This document shows positions 8,690-19,253 of a DNA stretch of 50,423 nt, in pieces. The position numbers were made by a program, and so were the translations under genes. The notes under the pieces were generated by a model. That model searched no databases and was not told the DNA's origin. It saw nothing but the letters and a program-made list of their open reading frames with translations. How positions within the stretch are numbered: position 1 is the first letter of the stretch; every line of letters starts with the position of its first letter. Location: positions 88,349-138,771 of the forward strand of contig CAYMZK010000002.1 of NCBI GenBank assembly GCA_964394985.1, read 5' to 3'. The stretch comes from an uncultured Candidatus Saccharibacteria bacterium (GTDB taxonomy: Bacteria; Patescibacteriota; Minisyncoccia; Minisyncoccales; GWA2-38-27).

Positions 8690-10039
8690 TTAACTTGTGT
8701 GAATTCTCTCTTTTATTAAATCTAATTCTTCTTCTAATTTTTTATCATCCTCTAATTCTTTGCAAATCTTCTTGTAAGAATGAATGGCAGTTGTGTGATC
8801 TTTTCCATTAAACTTTCTTCCAATAGCTGGAAAAGATGTCTTTAATTCTTCTCTTAAAAAATACATAGCTATTTGTCTTGGTCTAACAATCTCTTTTTTA
8901 CGAGAAGAAGTTAAAAGGTCTCTTTCTTTTAAATCGTAAAAATCCACCACTGACTTAATAATCTTTTTACTGGTAACTATTTTATTTGGGTTTTTAAGTA
9001 GACTTTTAAATAAATTTTTAGTTAAATCAATGTCTATATTTTGATTATTAACCTTTTGATGAATAATTAAACGATTAAGTGCTCCTTCTAACTCTCTAAT
9101 ATTTCTTGGAATAGAGTATGCGATATAATCATAAACTTCATCAGGGAAGTCTATTTTTTTCTCTTGAGCTTTGGTTTTTAAAATAGCAATTCTAGTTTCT
9201 ATATCAGGAGAACTAACATCAGCAATCATTCCTCCCTCAAAACGAGACCTTAGGCGATCCGCTAAAGAGTGGATTGCTTTAGGGGGGCGATCGGAAGAAA
9301 GAATAATTTGCTTGTTGTTTTCATATAATACATTAAAAATATGGAAAAATTCTTCTTGGGTTTTTTCTTTGCCGGCTATAAACTGAATATCATCAATAAT
9401 TAAAACATCAACATCTCTATATTTCTCTTTGAAATTTTCCATTGTTCGGTTTTTTATCGCCTGAACAACTTCACTAGTAAATTTTTCTGAAGGAACATAT
9501 TGGACCTTTTTCTTTTTAAAATTATCAGAAATTTCGTTACCAAGCGCTTGAATTAAATGGGTTTTGCCCAGGCCAGTTCCTCCATAAATAAAAAACGGAT
9601 TATAAATCAGCCCGGGTTTTTTAGAAACAGCAATAGCGGCAGCGTGAGGCATTTCATTAAAGGGGCCGACCACAAAGCTATCAAAAGTATATTTAGGATT
9701 AAGGTTGGTTTTTTTATTAACTTTAAAGGTTTGAAACTCTAGCTGTTCAGTATCTTCGGTAATTTCAGAAACTTCTTTAGTGGTTTTTAATTTTGATTTT
9801 CCAATATTATAATTTACTTCTTTTATATTACTATCTATATCATGAAGAATTTTTAAAATATTCTTATTGTATTTATTCTCTAGCCATTCTTTAACAAAAG
9901 AGTTGGGAACTACAACAGTAACTTTATTATCTTTATAAGAAGCAATTTCGGTGTTTTTAAACCAAGTAGAAAAATTAGCTTGGGATATATTTAATTGTAT
10001 TTGAGCAAGCACTGCTTGCCATAATTCTTCATTAGTCAT
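8690..10039 (-). CDS. dnaA: Chromosomal replication initiator DnaA
   Basis: YNPFFIYGGTGLGKTHL, IDDIQF, RLRSRF, KDHTTAIHS; likely start MTNEELW at 10039. Confidence 0.98.
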   Translation of the reverse strand: MTNEELWQAVLAQIQLNISQANFSTWFKNTEIASYKDNKVTVVVPNSFVKEWLENKYNKNILKILHDIDSNIKEVNYNIGKSKLKTTKEVSEITEDTEQLEFQTFKVNKKTNLNPKYTFDSFVVGPFNEMPHAAAIAVSKKPGLIYNPFFIYGGTGLGKTHLIQALGNEISDNFKKKKVQYVPSEKFTSEVVQAIKNRTMENFKEKYRDVDVLIIDDIQFIAGKEKTQEEFFHIFNVLYENNKQIILSSDRPPKAIHSLADRLRSRFEGGMIADVSSPDIETRIAILKTKAQEKKIDFPDEVYDYIAYSIPRNIRELEGALNRLIIHQKVNNQNIDIDLTKNLFKSLLKNPNKIVTSKKIIKSVVDFYDLKERDLLTSSRKKEIVRPRQIAMYFLREELKTSFPAIGRKFNGKDHTTAIHSYKKICKELEDDKKLEEELDLIKERIHTS

Positions 10040-10121
10040 AGGGGTTGGTGCCAATCATTGATTGCATACATTATTTTATCATAGCAGAAGTAAAAGCAAA
10101 GCACAATTTTTGTTAACAATG

Positions 10122-10130
10122 TGTGGATAA
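10122..10130. promoter_or_regulatory. Consensus DnaA box in the dnaA-rpmH intergenic region
   Basis: TGTGGATAA, a perfect match. Confidence 0.85.
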
Positions 10131-10212
10131 CCTGTTTAAAAAACAACAAACCTCTTTTAAATAATATAAATATGTGTTATTATATCAATGTGCTTAAATA
10201 TTAAACAAATTT

Positions 10213-10347
10213 ATGAGTATTACATATAAACCTAAAAAGAAAAAAAGAAAAAAGACCCATGGCTTTAAAGCTCGCAAGCAAACCGTCGGCGGGAGAAAAG
10301 TTTTAAAGCGAAGAAGAGTTAAGGGGAGAAAAAAACTCACTGTATAG
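10213..10347 (+). CDS. rpmH: 50S ribosomal protein L34 (absent from the ORF track)
   Basis: [44 protein letters not shown]; canonical position. Confidence 0.97.
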   Translation: MSITYKPKKKKRKKTHGFKARKQTVGGRKVLKRRRVKGRKKLTV

Positions 10348-10353
10348 TCCTTT

Positions 10354-10671
10354 ATGTTGAAAAAAGAAAACAGACTTAAAAAACAAAAAGATTTTGAGAA
10401 TGTTTTTCAGAACGGTAAAAGCTTTAAAGAAGGAGGGTTATATTTTAAAATAAAAGAAAACAATCTTGGTTTTCCTCGTTTTGGTTTTGTTGTTAGCAAA
10501 AAAAACTTTCCCAAAGCAATAGAAAGAAATAAAATTAAAAGGATCCTAAGAGAAGCAATTAAAAAAGAAGAGCTTAAAAAAAATATAGATGTTATAATAG
10601 TAGTAAACCCAGAAAGAGATATAGATAATTTAAAAAATGATTTAAAAAAGTTTTTAGAGAAAAATAAATGA
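10354..10671 (+). CDS. rnpA: RNase P protein component
   Basis: RLKKQKDF, RFGFVVSKK, AIERNKIKR; synteny. Confidence 0.95.
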   Translation: MLKKENRLKKQKDFENVFQNGKSFKEGGLYFKIKENNLGFPRFGFVVSKKNFPKAIERNKIKRILREAIKKEELKKNIDVIIVVNPERDIDNLKNDLKKFLEKNK

Positions 10672-10874
10672 AGCCTTTTTTATTAAAACTAATTAAAATT
10701 TATCAAAAAGCCATTTCCCCTTTACTGGGAGATCGTTGTCGTTTTTACCCTAGTTGTTCTCAATATTGTTATCTTTCAATTAAAAAACATGGAAGCATTA
10801 AAGGTTCATTAAAAGGATTAAAAAGATTATTAAAATGTCATCCTTTTAGCGAGGGGGGCGTAGATAAACCATAA
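10668..10874 (+). CDS. yidD: Membrane protein insertion efficiency factor YidD
   Basis: YQKAISP, CRFYPSCSQY, CHPFSEGGVD. Confidence 0.95.
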   Translation: MKPFLLKLIKIYQKAISPLLGDRCRFYPSCSQYCYLSIKKHGSIKGSLKGLKRLLKCHPFSEGGVDKP

Positions 10875-10877
10875 AAT

Positions 10878-11594
10878 ATGTCTAAATTATTTACCACTAT
10901 ACTCTATCAGCCACTGTTTAATATTTTAATTTTATTATACCTTTATTTACCTGGACAAGATCTTGGAGTGGCTATTATAGCTTTAACCGTTTTAATCAAA
11001 CTTATTCTTTATCCTTTAGGATCAAAGGCAATTAAGTCTCAAAAAGAGCTTTCCACTTTGCAACCAAAAATAAAGGAGATTCAAGAAAAATACAAAGACG
11101 ATAAAGAAAAACAAACAAAAGAAATGATGGAGTTATATAAAAGAGAGAAAATTAATCCCTTTTCCGGTTGTTTACCCCTATTAATCCAATTACCAGTTTT
11201 AATTGCTCTTTATCGCTTGTTTTGGGCTGGAGTGGACTCGGACCAAATGAGCCTTCTATATAGCTTTGTCTCCAACCCAGGGGTCGTTAGCGCTAGTTTT
11301 TTAGGGATTATTAACCTAGCTAACCCTAATATTATTTTAGCCGTTATCGCCGGAATACTTCAGTTTATTCAAATTAAGTTTAGCACAACACCGGTTAAGA
11401 TAAAAAAAAGCTCTGGGATTTCAGATCACATGCAAAAACAAATGCAATATGTAATGCCGGTTTTTATGACTTTAATTCTTTTTGGCCTGCCCTCGGCCAT
11501 TGGTCTTTATTGGGTAACTACAACTATATTTACAATAGCTCAACAGTATGTTATTATGAGAGGCAATGATAGAGCAAAACTTCCAACAAACTAA
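10878..11594 (+). CDS. yidC: YidC/Oxa1 membrane insertase
   Basis: LQPKIKEIQEKYK, INPFSGCLPLLIQLP, LPSAIGLYW. Confidence 0.95.
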   Translation: MSKLFTTILYQPLFNILILLYLYLPGQDLGVAIIALTVLIKLILYPLGSKAIKSQKELSTLQPKIKEIQEKYKDDKEKQTKEMMELYKREKINPFSGCLPLLIQLPVLIALYRLFWAGVDSDQMSLLYSFVSNPGVVSASFLGIINLANPNIILAVIAGILQFIQIKFSTTPVKIKKSSGISDHMQKQMQYVMPVFMTLILFGLPSAIGLYWVTTTIFTIAQQYVIMRGNDRAKLPTN

Positions 11595-12024
11595 AGAAGC
11601 GATTAAAGACTTTTTTGAAAAAGCGGGTTTTGCTGTAGAGGTTGATATTACCTCCGGAGAAGAGAAAACTATTTTTGTTGGAATAACAACCGAGAATCCA
11701 AAAGTTTTGATAGGACAAAACGGACAAACCTTAGCAGATATTCAACATCTTTTAAAGATATTAGCTAGCAGAAAAACCGACGATCAGTTATATATTGACC
11801 TAGATATTAATAATTACAAAAAAAAGAAAATGGCCTACATTAGAGAGAGTGTTAGAGAGTGGGCCAACGATGTTGCTTTAAATGGAACCTCAAAAGAACT
11901 TCCACCAATGCCTTCTTTTGAAAGAAGGGTGGTTCACATGGAGCTGGCTGGAAGAAGCGATGTTATAACCGAGAGTGCCGGCCAAGGAAATGACCGGCAT
12001 GTGATTATAAAACCTTCTCAATAA
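11566..12024 (+). CDS. jag: Jag/EloR-like KH + R3H RNA-binding protein (short form)
   Basis: LIGQNGQTL KH motif, PMPSFERRVVH R3H motif; follows yidC. Confidence 0.85.
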   Translation: MIEQNFQQTKEAIKDFFEKAGFAVEVDITSGEEKTIFVGITTENPKVLIGQNGQTLADIQHLLKILASRKTDDQLYIDLDINNYKKKKMAYIRESVREWANDVALNGTSKELPPMPSFERRVVHMELAGRSDVITESAGQGNDRHVIIKPSQ

Positions 12025-13214
12025 ATACTACCGCTGAAAATAGTAGCTTTGCTAGTATCTGGAATAAGAAACTCAGAGAACGCCTCCGTATTATCGTATT
12101 CTATTTTACAAAGATTGCGATAAGATTTCAAGTTGTTATAATCACTGTTTCCAGAAAAGGTTTCTGCTTTACCACTGTCTGTTTCTAATATAACAACAAC
12201 TTTCCCTTCAACTCTCATTGATAATGGTATAAATGGAAGCTTGTTGGTTTTACACCACCAAAAGGGATTATTAGAAGAAGATGCTCCACAACTGTTATTG
12301 TTTGACAAATAATATTCTACTGCTGCATTTTTCTCAGTTTTCAAGTCTTTTTTATCATATAGAGCTATTTTCCAATTAGGATCAGGATCATAATTAAGAG
12401 AAAAAACCTTAATAGAAGATGGTTTTGAGCTCACGACATCACCATAAACTGTAACAAGTCCATTTTCACTTTTTAAATGATTTAATAAAACTTTAGTTGC
12501 TCCGTTATAGTTGCTATTCTCGTAGGTTATTGCCCCGTATTCAATCGAAGTCCAATCATCAACATCCAATCCTTCAGTTATTTTAGGAATAAAATAAATA
12601 TATTTAACTTTATTATCAAAATCTCCTCTAATATTTCCCGAAGTATTAACGGTATAACATTTTTTTGGGATTTCTTCTAAGATGGGTTTCATTGCTTCTA
12701 TAATCTCTTTTTCTCTGGGGATTGACTGTTCGCTTTCTGGCAAAAACTTAAACTCTTCTTGAAGATTCCAAGCCCTTTTTATTTCTACAAATTCATTACA
12801 TAATAAAACTCCAGAGGGGAGTTCGGTTAAAATGGGCCTCAATCTTGGAACTTTAAACCTTAAAAGGTTGGGGTTAACTTCATTTAAGATTAAAAAAGAT
12901 CCAAATAAGATAACGAGACCTATAAAGGCGGCCGTTATTCTTTCTCTAGCGTCATTTATTTTCTCCGGATTGCCGGCTGAAGTAAACCATTGAATTCCAG
13001 CATAAACAATAACCCCAAAAGCTAAAAGACCGCTAATCCCCAATAAAAGATAATAAATATATTTAGCAAAATCTTCAATATTAGTCTCTACTTCAGTTGG
13101 CGTGTCTGTCCCCCGAATGTCTGGGTAACTTATTTCAAGCTCTCTTGCCTGAACGGGGAAAGAAATGAAAGTAAACATTATTATGGTTAAAATAAAGATC
13201 GTTATTTTTCTCAT
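12018..13214 (-). CDS. T4SS-pilin-domain protein with large extracellular C-terminus
   Basis: Signal peptide + ELEISYP; YAGIQWFTSAGNPEKINDARERI..ILNEVNPNL. Confidence 0.7.
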   Translation of the reverse strand: MRKITIFILTIIMFTFISFPVQARELEISYPDIRGTDTPTEVETNIEDFAKYIYYLLLGISGLLAFGVIVYAGIQWFTSAGNPEKINDARERITAAFIGLVILFGSFLILNEVNPNLLRFKVPRLRPILTELPSGVLLCNEFVEIKRAWNLQEEFKFLPESEQSIPREKEIIEAMKPILEEIPKKCYTVNTSGNIRGDFDNKVKYIYFIPKITEGLDVDDWTSIEYGAITYENSNYNGATKVLLNHLKSENGLVTVYGDVVSSKPSSIKVFSLNYDPDPNWKIALYDKKDLKTEKNAAVEYYLSNNNSCGASSSNNPFWWCKTNKLPFIPLSMRVEGKVVVILETDSGKAETFSGNSDYNNLKSYRNLCKIEYDNTEAFSEFLIPDTSKATIFSGSIY

Positions 13215-14266
13215 ATTGTAATAGTTTTAAATTTAATAATTTCTTCTACTTTTTGTAAGATACGATTAGAATTTTCTTTAATTGGTTGTTTTAATCCTTT
13301 TGCTTTGCCGGCATTTTCATTAATCGCTTCAGTTGGGCAAGGATTGCCACCACCACAAGCGCTTGGTTGGCATCCGGTATGAGTGTCAAAGCAATCCCCG
13401 GAGCATTTAGCACTACAAGCAGTTTCAATGTTGCTTAAGCATTGGTTGGGCAACTTACCCAATTCTTGACCGGGAATTTCTATTTGTTCAACTATTTGGC
13501 TAAAAGAAAGTAGCTCGGTTGAAAGTTCGTTTAATAATTTAATTTCTTCGTTTAATTCAGAAATTTCTTTATCGTAATATTTAATAACCTCTGGGCTTTT
13601 TTCCTCCTTTTTTAATTCTTGGTAATAATTTATTTCGTTAGAAATATCTTTAACTCGAGCTGTTAAATCCCCTCTTTCCTTTAACGCTCTATTTTTATAG
13701 TAAACAAGTTCGTTTTTCCAGGCAACTATGTTCATTTGACTGTTTTTAATTTCGGCGCTATCCGGACAAGGTTCTTTAAGACTGCTAGCATAACATTTAA
13801 CCGGCTTGCAACTAGAGTTTTCTCTTTGACCCTCGCAAGCACACAAAGACTGGACCTTATCACAAGAACAATTGCTTACCGCTGAAGTTAGGCGATCAGC
13901 CAAAGAGTCTATTTTATTAATAGCAACAACAGAATCGTTAGCAATTTCTTTTATTCTGATTAAAATGTTAGGGCTTTTAGTTGTTTTGCCCTGAGAATAA
14001 GCTGGGATATCTGGAGTTTCTAGTTTTGGCAAGCTAATCTTAGTTAATTCCGGATTAATAGTGTTTAAGATTAAATAGGTGGCCAAGAGTATTATAATTC
14101 CAATAAAAGCAGCTAAGATTCTTTTTTTAGCTTCATTTATTTTTTTAGGATCCCCGGCAGAAGTTAAATGCATTATCCCGGCTAAAACCAAAACCAAAAA
14201 AGCTATTATTCCAGTTGCAATAAGAATAGAATGATATATTAAATTAAAGTATTGTTCTACGTTCAT
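13211..14266 (-). CDS. T4SS-pilin-domain protein, Cys-rich/coiled-coil
   Basis: AGIMHLTSAGDPKKINEAKKRI..ILNTINPEL; two Cys clusters separated by a coiled coil. Confidence 0.7.
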   Translation of the reverse strand: MNVEQYFNLIYHSILIATGIIAFLVLVLAGIMHLTSAGDPKKINEAKKRILAAFIGIIILLATYLILNTINPELTKISLPKLETPDIPAYSQGKTTKSPNILIRIKEIANDSVVAINKIDSLADRLTSAVSNCSCDKVQSLCACEGQRENSSCKPVKCYASSLKEPCPDSAEIKNSQMNIVAWKNELVYYKNRALKERGDLTARVKDISNEINYYQELKKEEKSPEVIKYYDKEISELNEEIKLLNELSTELLSFSQIVEQIEIPGQELGKLPNQCLSNIETACSAKCSGDCFDTHTGCQPSACGGGNPCPTEAINENAGKAKGLKQPIKENSNRILQKVEEIIKFKTITI

Positions 14267-16128
14267 TTTTTTGTTTCACAATAATAAAAAGATAATTCAT
14301 TATAACAATCAGACAACTTTGGGTTTTTGTTTGTGCAGTTATTAATACATTGATCATGTTTTAATTGATCAGCACACTGTTCAAAACAATCTCCATAATC
14401 AGTTTGCCTGCCTTTTTCGTCATAGATTTGACAAACTTTTCTAATAACGTTTCCGTTGCGATCTTTGGCTGTTTCTTTTGAGTCTTTTGCGCTAATCATT
14501 ATTTTATCTTGAGTAAGCCAATCGGTGCTATAATATCCTTCATTAGACATTAAAAGTCTAATATTATTATTTAAATAAGCACCTATGTTATGTAACAAAT
14601 TAATATTATTTTCTATCTCTTCTTTTGTTTTTTTAATATTTTTATACGCTTCGTTAATTTCTTTTTTCTTTTCTTCTATTTTTGTTTTAGGGCAAGGTCC
14701 TTCATTAGGGTCTTTAGGGAAAGAGCTAGGAAATGGTTCGATACAACAAGGAACAGTTCCGCACATTGCACAAACGCATTTAGGAAAACAGTTTTTAGAG
14801 CTACACTTGCTAACTAAGACTTGAAGATCATCAACAAGAGAAATGAGATTATCTGTTTGATTAATCAATTTTTCTATTTTTTGGTTTAGTAATTCGGCTG
14901 ATCTTTCAGTTCTGTCAACAATAGAGCCAACCTTAACTTCTTTGGTGCAATGAATATATTCATCTCCAATTAGTGCTTTCATTTCTTCTTCGGTAATATC
15001 CTCTTTAATGTCGGCAGAAATATTTATACCAGGAAAGGGGTTGGGCGCATCAATAGTTCCTCCTATTTGGCAATAAAAAGTAACATCATCTGTTCTTGAA
15101 ATAATTCCCGCTCCTCCTGGGATTTTTTCATAATAGTCAATATCAATATCACTCCAATATTTTAACTCTCTTAGGTGCCAGTTTTCTTTTTCTGAAAAGG
15201 TATCTTTTTTGAGTAAAAAATTATTTCGGCTCGTAAGAGCATTTCCAGGGCAACCATTTATTAAGGTTTTAGCTCTAGTTAGTCTATTAATCTGCTCTCT
15301 TAATAGTCTAACTTCTTCTTCTAGTTTTACTTGTTCTGCATTTAAGTTGTTTATTTCTTTGGGGTTTTCTGATTCTAGGACATCTTGGATATTAGATCTG
15401 GTTGGTTCGCAAGGATCACCGGTGCTTTCTGGAGGAGGGCATAAAAAACAGCCAGGATGAGTACATCTGGGATCGGGAAAAGTGTAGAGTTGGCATGAGC
15501 AGGGTTGAATGAGTCCTTCCAGCTCGTTGCTTTGTTCGGAAAGATTTTGAGAAGCAGTATCTATATTATTAACAGCGTCTTGTATTCTTTTAGTCCGATC
15601 ATTGTTATATTCTCTGCCGACGATACTATCTATAATTCTTCCTAGGGGAATTTCAACATCTATTGAGGTAGAGGCAGTTTCTAGCTCTGGCGGTTGAGCT
15701 GCCGGCGGCTTGATTTCTTTTAAGTCTTTTAGTTTTTCAATTTTAATATTAGCAAAATTTGGGTTGATGGTATTTAAAATTAAGGCAACAGAAAATAATA
15801 TTAAAAGCCCAACAAGAGCATTAGTCAAAGCTCTTTTAGCATTAATAAATCCTTCTGGGTTACCGGTAGAAAGGAGGTATTTAATTCCACCATAAACTAT
15901 GGTCCCAAGGGCTAGTATTCCTCCGATCCAAAGAGAGAGATTAAAAAAATAATCAATGTAGAGAGCTAGTATTTTTTCTTGAGGAGTGGAGTTAACAAAA
16001 TCTTGGGGCGGAATTGCTCCGGGAACTCTAGGATAATTTATTTCTAAGGCCAAAACAAAATTAGTCGAAAGCAAAAAAACTAATATTAAGAAAAATAATA
16101 TCTTTATCCGATAATTCTTAAAAACCAT
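14263..16128 (-). CDS. T4SS-pilin-domain protein, Cys-rich/coiled-coil
   Basis: ALEINYP; YGGIKYLLSTGNPEGFINAKRAL..ILNTINPNF; several Cys clusters. Confidence 0.7.
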   Translation of the reverse strand: MVFKNYRIKILFFLILVFLLSTNFVLALEINYPRVPGAIPPQDFVNSTPQEKILALYIDYFFNLSLWIGGILALGTIVYGGIKYLLSTGNPEGFINAKRALTNALVGLLILFSVALILNTINPNFANIKIEKLKDLKEIKPPAAQPPELETASTSIDVEIPLGRIIDSIVGREYNNDRTKRIQDAVNNIDTASQNLSEQSNELEGLIQPCSCQLYTFPDPRCTHPGCFLCPPPESTGDPCEPTRSNIQDVLESENPKEINNLNAEQVKLEEEVRLLREQINRLTRAKTLINGCPGNALTSRNNFLLKKDTFSEKENWHLRELKYWSDIDIDYYEKIPGGAGIISRTDDVTFYCQIGGTIDAPNPFPGINISADIKEDITEEEMKALIGDEYIHCTKEVKVGSIVDRTERSAELLNQKIEKLINQTDNLISLVDDLQVLVSKCSSKNCFPKCVCAMCGTVPCCIEPFPSSFPKDPNEGPCPKTKIEEKKKEINEAYKNIKKTKEEIENNINLLHNIGAYLNNNIRLLMSNEGYYSTDWLTQDKIMISAKDSKETAKDRNGNVIRKVCQIYDEKGRQTDYGDCFEQCADQLKHDQCINNCTNKNPKLSDCYNELSFYYCETKK

Positions 16129-16433
16129 GTTGGTAAAATATCATTTAAAATTGGTATTCTTTCTATAACAAAAGGGATAATCATTGATTTCCAAGAAAGA
16201 TCAGGAACTAGCGAAAAAAGCAATATAATAAGAAGGATTTCTAGGGGCAACTCCCATATTTGGTCAATTACTGGAATTGGAATTAAATCCATAACTTCAA
16301 TAATTAAAGCCAAAAAAGCTAGAATTATTCCTCCTGGCGAAAGAAGGATATCAGTAGGTATTTTTTGAAACCAACTAGGCTTTTTCTTTGTGGGAGCCGT
16401 AGTTGGTTTTGCAGGAGCTTTTGCTTCAGCCAT
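16104..16433 (-). CDS. Small membrane protein
   Basis: Hydrophobic; IERIPILNDILPTW; in operon with virB4. Confidence 0.65.
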   Translation of the reverse strand: MAEAKAPAKPTTAPTKKKPSWFQKIPTDILLSPGGIILAFLALIIEVMDLIPIPVIDQIWELPLEILLIILLFSLVPDLSWKSMIIPFVIERIPILNDILPTWFLRIIG

Positions 16434-18213
16434 TTTGCTTTCTTTGTTTAATTTCTGCTACTTGTTCTGGGGCGGTAGTAATAATTTGTTCTTCAGCATA
16501 AGAAGCATATATCTTTATAAGCACATGTTTAGTTCCGGCAAAAAAGATTCCTTCTCCAACCGGAGATTCTAATAATAGCATTTTTTCTTCGTCAGTTAAG
16601 TTAAAGGTTTCTTGGACTACTTTAATTGTGGCTGGACTTTGTTTCATTAATAGAGCTAAAGATGAGTTGGTAATGATTGGTTTGCCATAATCAGATTTCA
16701 TAAAGTCATTAACATCTTGAGTAATAGTGGTTACTCCTAGCCAGTATTTTCTTGCTCTTTTAACCGTTCCAAACAAGAAAGAAGCTCCGTCTTCTTTTTT
16801 CATCAAAAGCCAGGCCTCATCAATAATAAGCATTCTTTTCTTTAAAGAAGAAGTGACTGTTTTCCAAATATATCTTAAAACAATAAAGAGAGCCATTGGT
16901 CTTAATTCGTCTTCCATGTCTCTAATTCCAAAAACGACCAATCTGTTTTTCATATCAACATTAGACTGTTGATTAAAGAAGTTAGCATAAACTCCTTTAG
17001 TAAATCTTTGTAATCTTCTGACTAAACTTTCAGCACCCTCCATAGTTAAAAGAACATCTTCTAAATCACTCATTATTGGAAAAGGAAGATCTTCGCCCCA
17101 TTTATCAGGATCGCTATCTGGCGTTATGTCTTTGGCGGCATAGGCTTCTGTAATCGCCCTATCCATGATACCGTCCTCTTCGGCGCTAAGCCCACCAAGC
17201 ATCACTCTCATTAGGCCAACCAAATTAATGATATTGCTTCTTAAAACATCTTCTGGTTTTTCGTCTTCTCTTGGCTCTGGTAGGTCAAAAGGATTGATAT
17301 GATGGTCAGAAGCTAAAGAGATATTAAAGAAGGATCCGCCAACCGCGTCAGCTAAAAACTTATACTCATTTTCTGGATCTAAAATAATGCAATCTACTCC
17401 AAGCATTAAGTATCTTAAAATCTCTAATTTAACTGAAAAAGATTTTCCGGCTCCGGAAGTGGCAAAGATAACTTCGTTGGCGTTGGCTAAAGTAAAGCGG
17501 TCAAAAAGAACCAAGGAATTGTTATGTTTATTAATCCCATAAAGAATTCCCTCATTGGAGCTAAGGTCAAAAGAAATAAAGGGAAAAGTGCTAGATAGCG
17601 GGGAAGTGTTCATTAAAGTAGTTACCATTAGTTCGTCAATATTATATGGAGATGTGCAGGTAAAACCTTCTTTTTGTTGATGAAGCGCTGGCTTGATATA
17701 AATTAATCTTGACTCTAAAACTGATCTTAAATTGGTTTCTACCTCTCTTAGTTCTTTTTCCGAATCGCCGTAAACTGTTAAATACAAACTAAAACGAAAC
17801 ATTTTTTCTTGAGCTGTTTGTAGTTTGTCTCTTAATTCTTCAATATCTTGATAAGCTGTTTCTAGGCTCGGGTCTCTAATTAACCCTTTTTCTTCGTTCT
17901 CGGCAATTTGAGCTTGAATTTCGGTAACCTTTTTTCTTAGCTTTTTTAATATCCCCTCACTGGCAACTGGATGCAAGAAAAAGGAAATATCCATTGGAAC
18001 ATTAAGATTAATAATTGGAGAAAGCCAGCCGGTGCTTAAATATCTAGGATAGGAAAAGATAAAATAGCTTTTAGCTGTTCTTTCGCCTATTTTAATTTCT
18101 GAAGCTTTGACTTCAATAGAAGAAGGAGCAATAATGTCAGCCACTGTTAAGGGCGTGACATCAAAAATCTCATCTTCTAATTCGTCTTTTTTCTTTAAAA
18201 AAGGTATTTTCAT
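16426..18213 (-). CDS. virB4: VirB4/TraC-like conjugative ATPase
   Basis: ATSGAGKS Walker A, ILDPENEY, INPFDL, IIDEAW, RARKY, TITQD. Confidence 0.9.
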   Translation of the reverse strand: MKIPFLKKKDELEDEIFDVTPLTVADIIAPSSIEVKASEIKIGERTAKSYFIFSYPRYLSTGWLSPIINLNVPMDISFFLHPVASEGILKKLRKKVTEIQAQIAENEEKGLIRDPSLETAYQDIEELRDKLQTAQEKMFRFSLYLTVYGDSEKELREVETNLRSVLESRLIYIKPALHQQKEGFTCTSPYNIDELMVTTLMNTSPLSSTFPFISFDLSSNEGILYGINKHNNSLVLFDRFTLANANEVIFATSGAGKSFSVKLEILRYLMLGVDCIILDPENEYKFLADAVGGSFFNISLASDHHINPFDLPEPREDEKPEDVLRSNIINLVGLMRVMLGGLSAEEDGIMDRAITEAYAAKDITPDSDPDKWGEDLPFPIMSDLEDVLLTMEGAESLVRRLQRFTKGVYANFFNQQSNVDMKNRLVVFGIRDMEDELRPMALFIVLRYIWKTVTSSLKKRMLIIDEAWLLMKKEDGASFLFGTVKRARKYWLGVTTITQDVNDFMKSDYGKPIITNSSLALLMKQSPATIKVVQETFNLTDEEKMLLLESPVGEGIFFAGTKHVLIKIYASYAEEQIITTAPEQVAEIKQRKQNG

Positions 18214-18220
18214 AATTAGT

Positions 18221-18838
18221 TTATTGGATTAATTCACTTGGTATTTCAGGATAATATCCCTTTTCGGCTTCGGCCGGATGATGTAAGCTCCAAAACAATT
18301 CCGCGATTTCTAAATTATTTAATGGAACGGCATCTAGGCCAGACCCCCTTAATCCTAAAATTACAAACTCAACTCTTTGTAACAATTGATCTTTTCCTCT
18401 TTGAAAAGCTTCTTCGGTTAATTGAGGAATTTTAGGGAGTTTGGCTCCCTGGGTTTCTTCAGAAAGAGAAAAAGGAACAACAACATAAAAACTTTTTTGC
18501 ATAATAGAGCCACCTTTGACTATTTTATCAACAAAGTTCCGGTATTCTTCTATTTGAATCTGCATTAACTCATTGGTTTCTTTTTCCTCTATTTTTTTAA
18601 GCTTATCTAAATAGCCGGTCATATTTAGTCTTCTGGATTGAACTATAATTTGAGCGGAAAAATCTAATGAGTTAAGAAAACTTTGAAATTGGTATAAGAT
18701 GGCGTTTTGTTCTTCGGTAGACTTTAAAGCGAAATTAATTGACGAGACCATTAAAATCATTCGAAGACTCTTATCTTTCATGATAAGAACGCCGTCCTTT
18801 ATTTGGTCAAATTTTAAGAAATCTTGACTGCTTGGCAT
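18221..18838 (-). CDS. Conserved T4SS-associated protein (VirB4 N-terminal/TraC-like)
   Basis: VSSINFALKSTEEQNAI..FLNSLDF; located between prgI and virB4. Confidence 0.65.
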   Translation of the reverse strand: MPSSQDFLKFDQIKDGVLIMKDKSLRMILMVSSINFALKSTEEQNAILYQFQSFLNSLDFSAQIIVQSRRLNMTGYLDKLKKIEEKETNELMQIQIEEYRNFVDKIVKGGSIMQKSFYVVVPFSLSEETQGAKLPKIPQLTEEAFQRGKDQLLQRVEFVILGLRGSGLDAVPLNNLEIAELFWSLHHPAEAEKGYYPEIPSELIQ

Positions 18839-18839
18839 G

Positions 18840-19253
18840 TTATTTAGTTTCTAGTTTAGTAAATAAATCATCTAGACGACTTCCGCTAGATACTTTTAAT
18901 TTAGATTCTCCTGGTTTTTCTTCGGTTAGCTCTTTGACCATCTTTTTTTCTTGCTTGAGAAATCTTGGCGTCCCGGTTTTTTTCTTCCAAATATATATTT
19001 TTGGCCTAAATTGATAGATGATAAAATTGGCAATGTATTTTGGCAGGGTAGTTTTTTTAATTTTGACAAAAGATAGGGCAAAAGCTATTCCCATTAAGAT
19101 TACAATTAAAATAATCGAAAGTGAAAATGGAAGAGTTAAATAAAAAAAAGCAGAAATAGTCCCAGCAATTCCAACAAAAATAAATTGCTTAAAAGTAAAA
19201 GGTCCGACTATTTTAGCTTCTTTCTCTATAAATTGTGGTACAGTAAATTCCAT
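18840..19253 (-). CDS. prgI: PrgI family (VirB3-like) protein
   Basis: VPQFIEKEAKIVGPFTFKQF, two TM helices, PKIYIWKK. Confidence 0.85.
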   Translation of the reverse strand: MEFTVPQFIEKEAKIVGPFTFKQFIFVGIAGTISAFFYLTLPFSLSIILIVILMGIAFALSFVKIKKTTLPKYIANFIIYQFRPKIYIWKKKTGTPRFLKQEKKMVKELTEEKPGESKLKVSSGSRLDDLFTKLETK

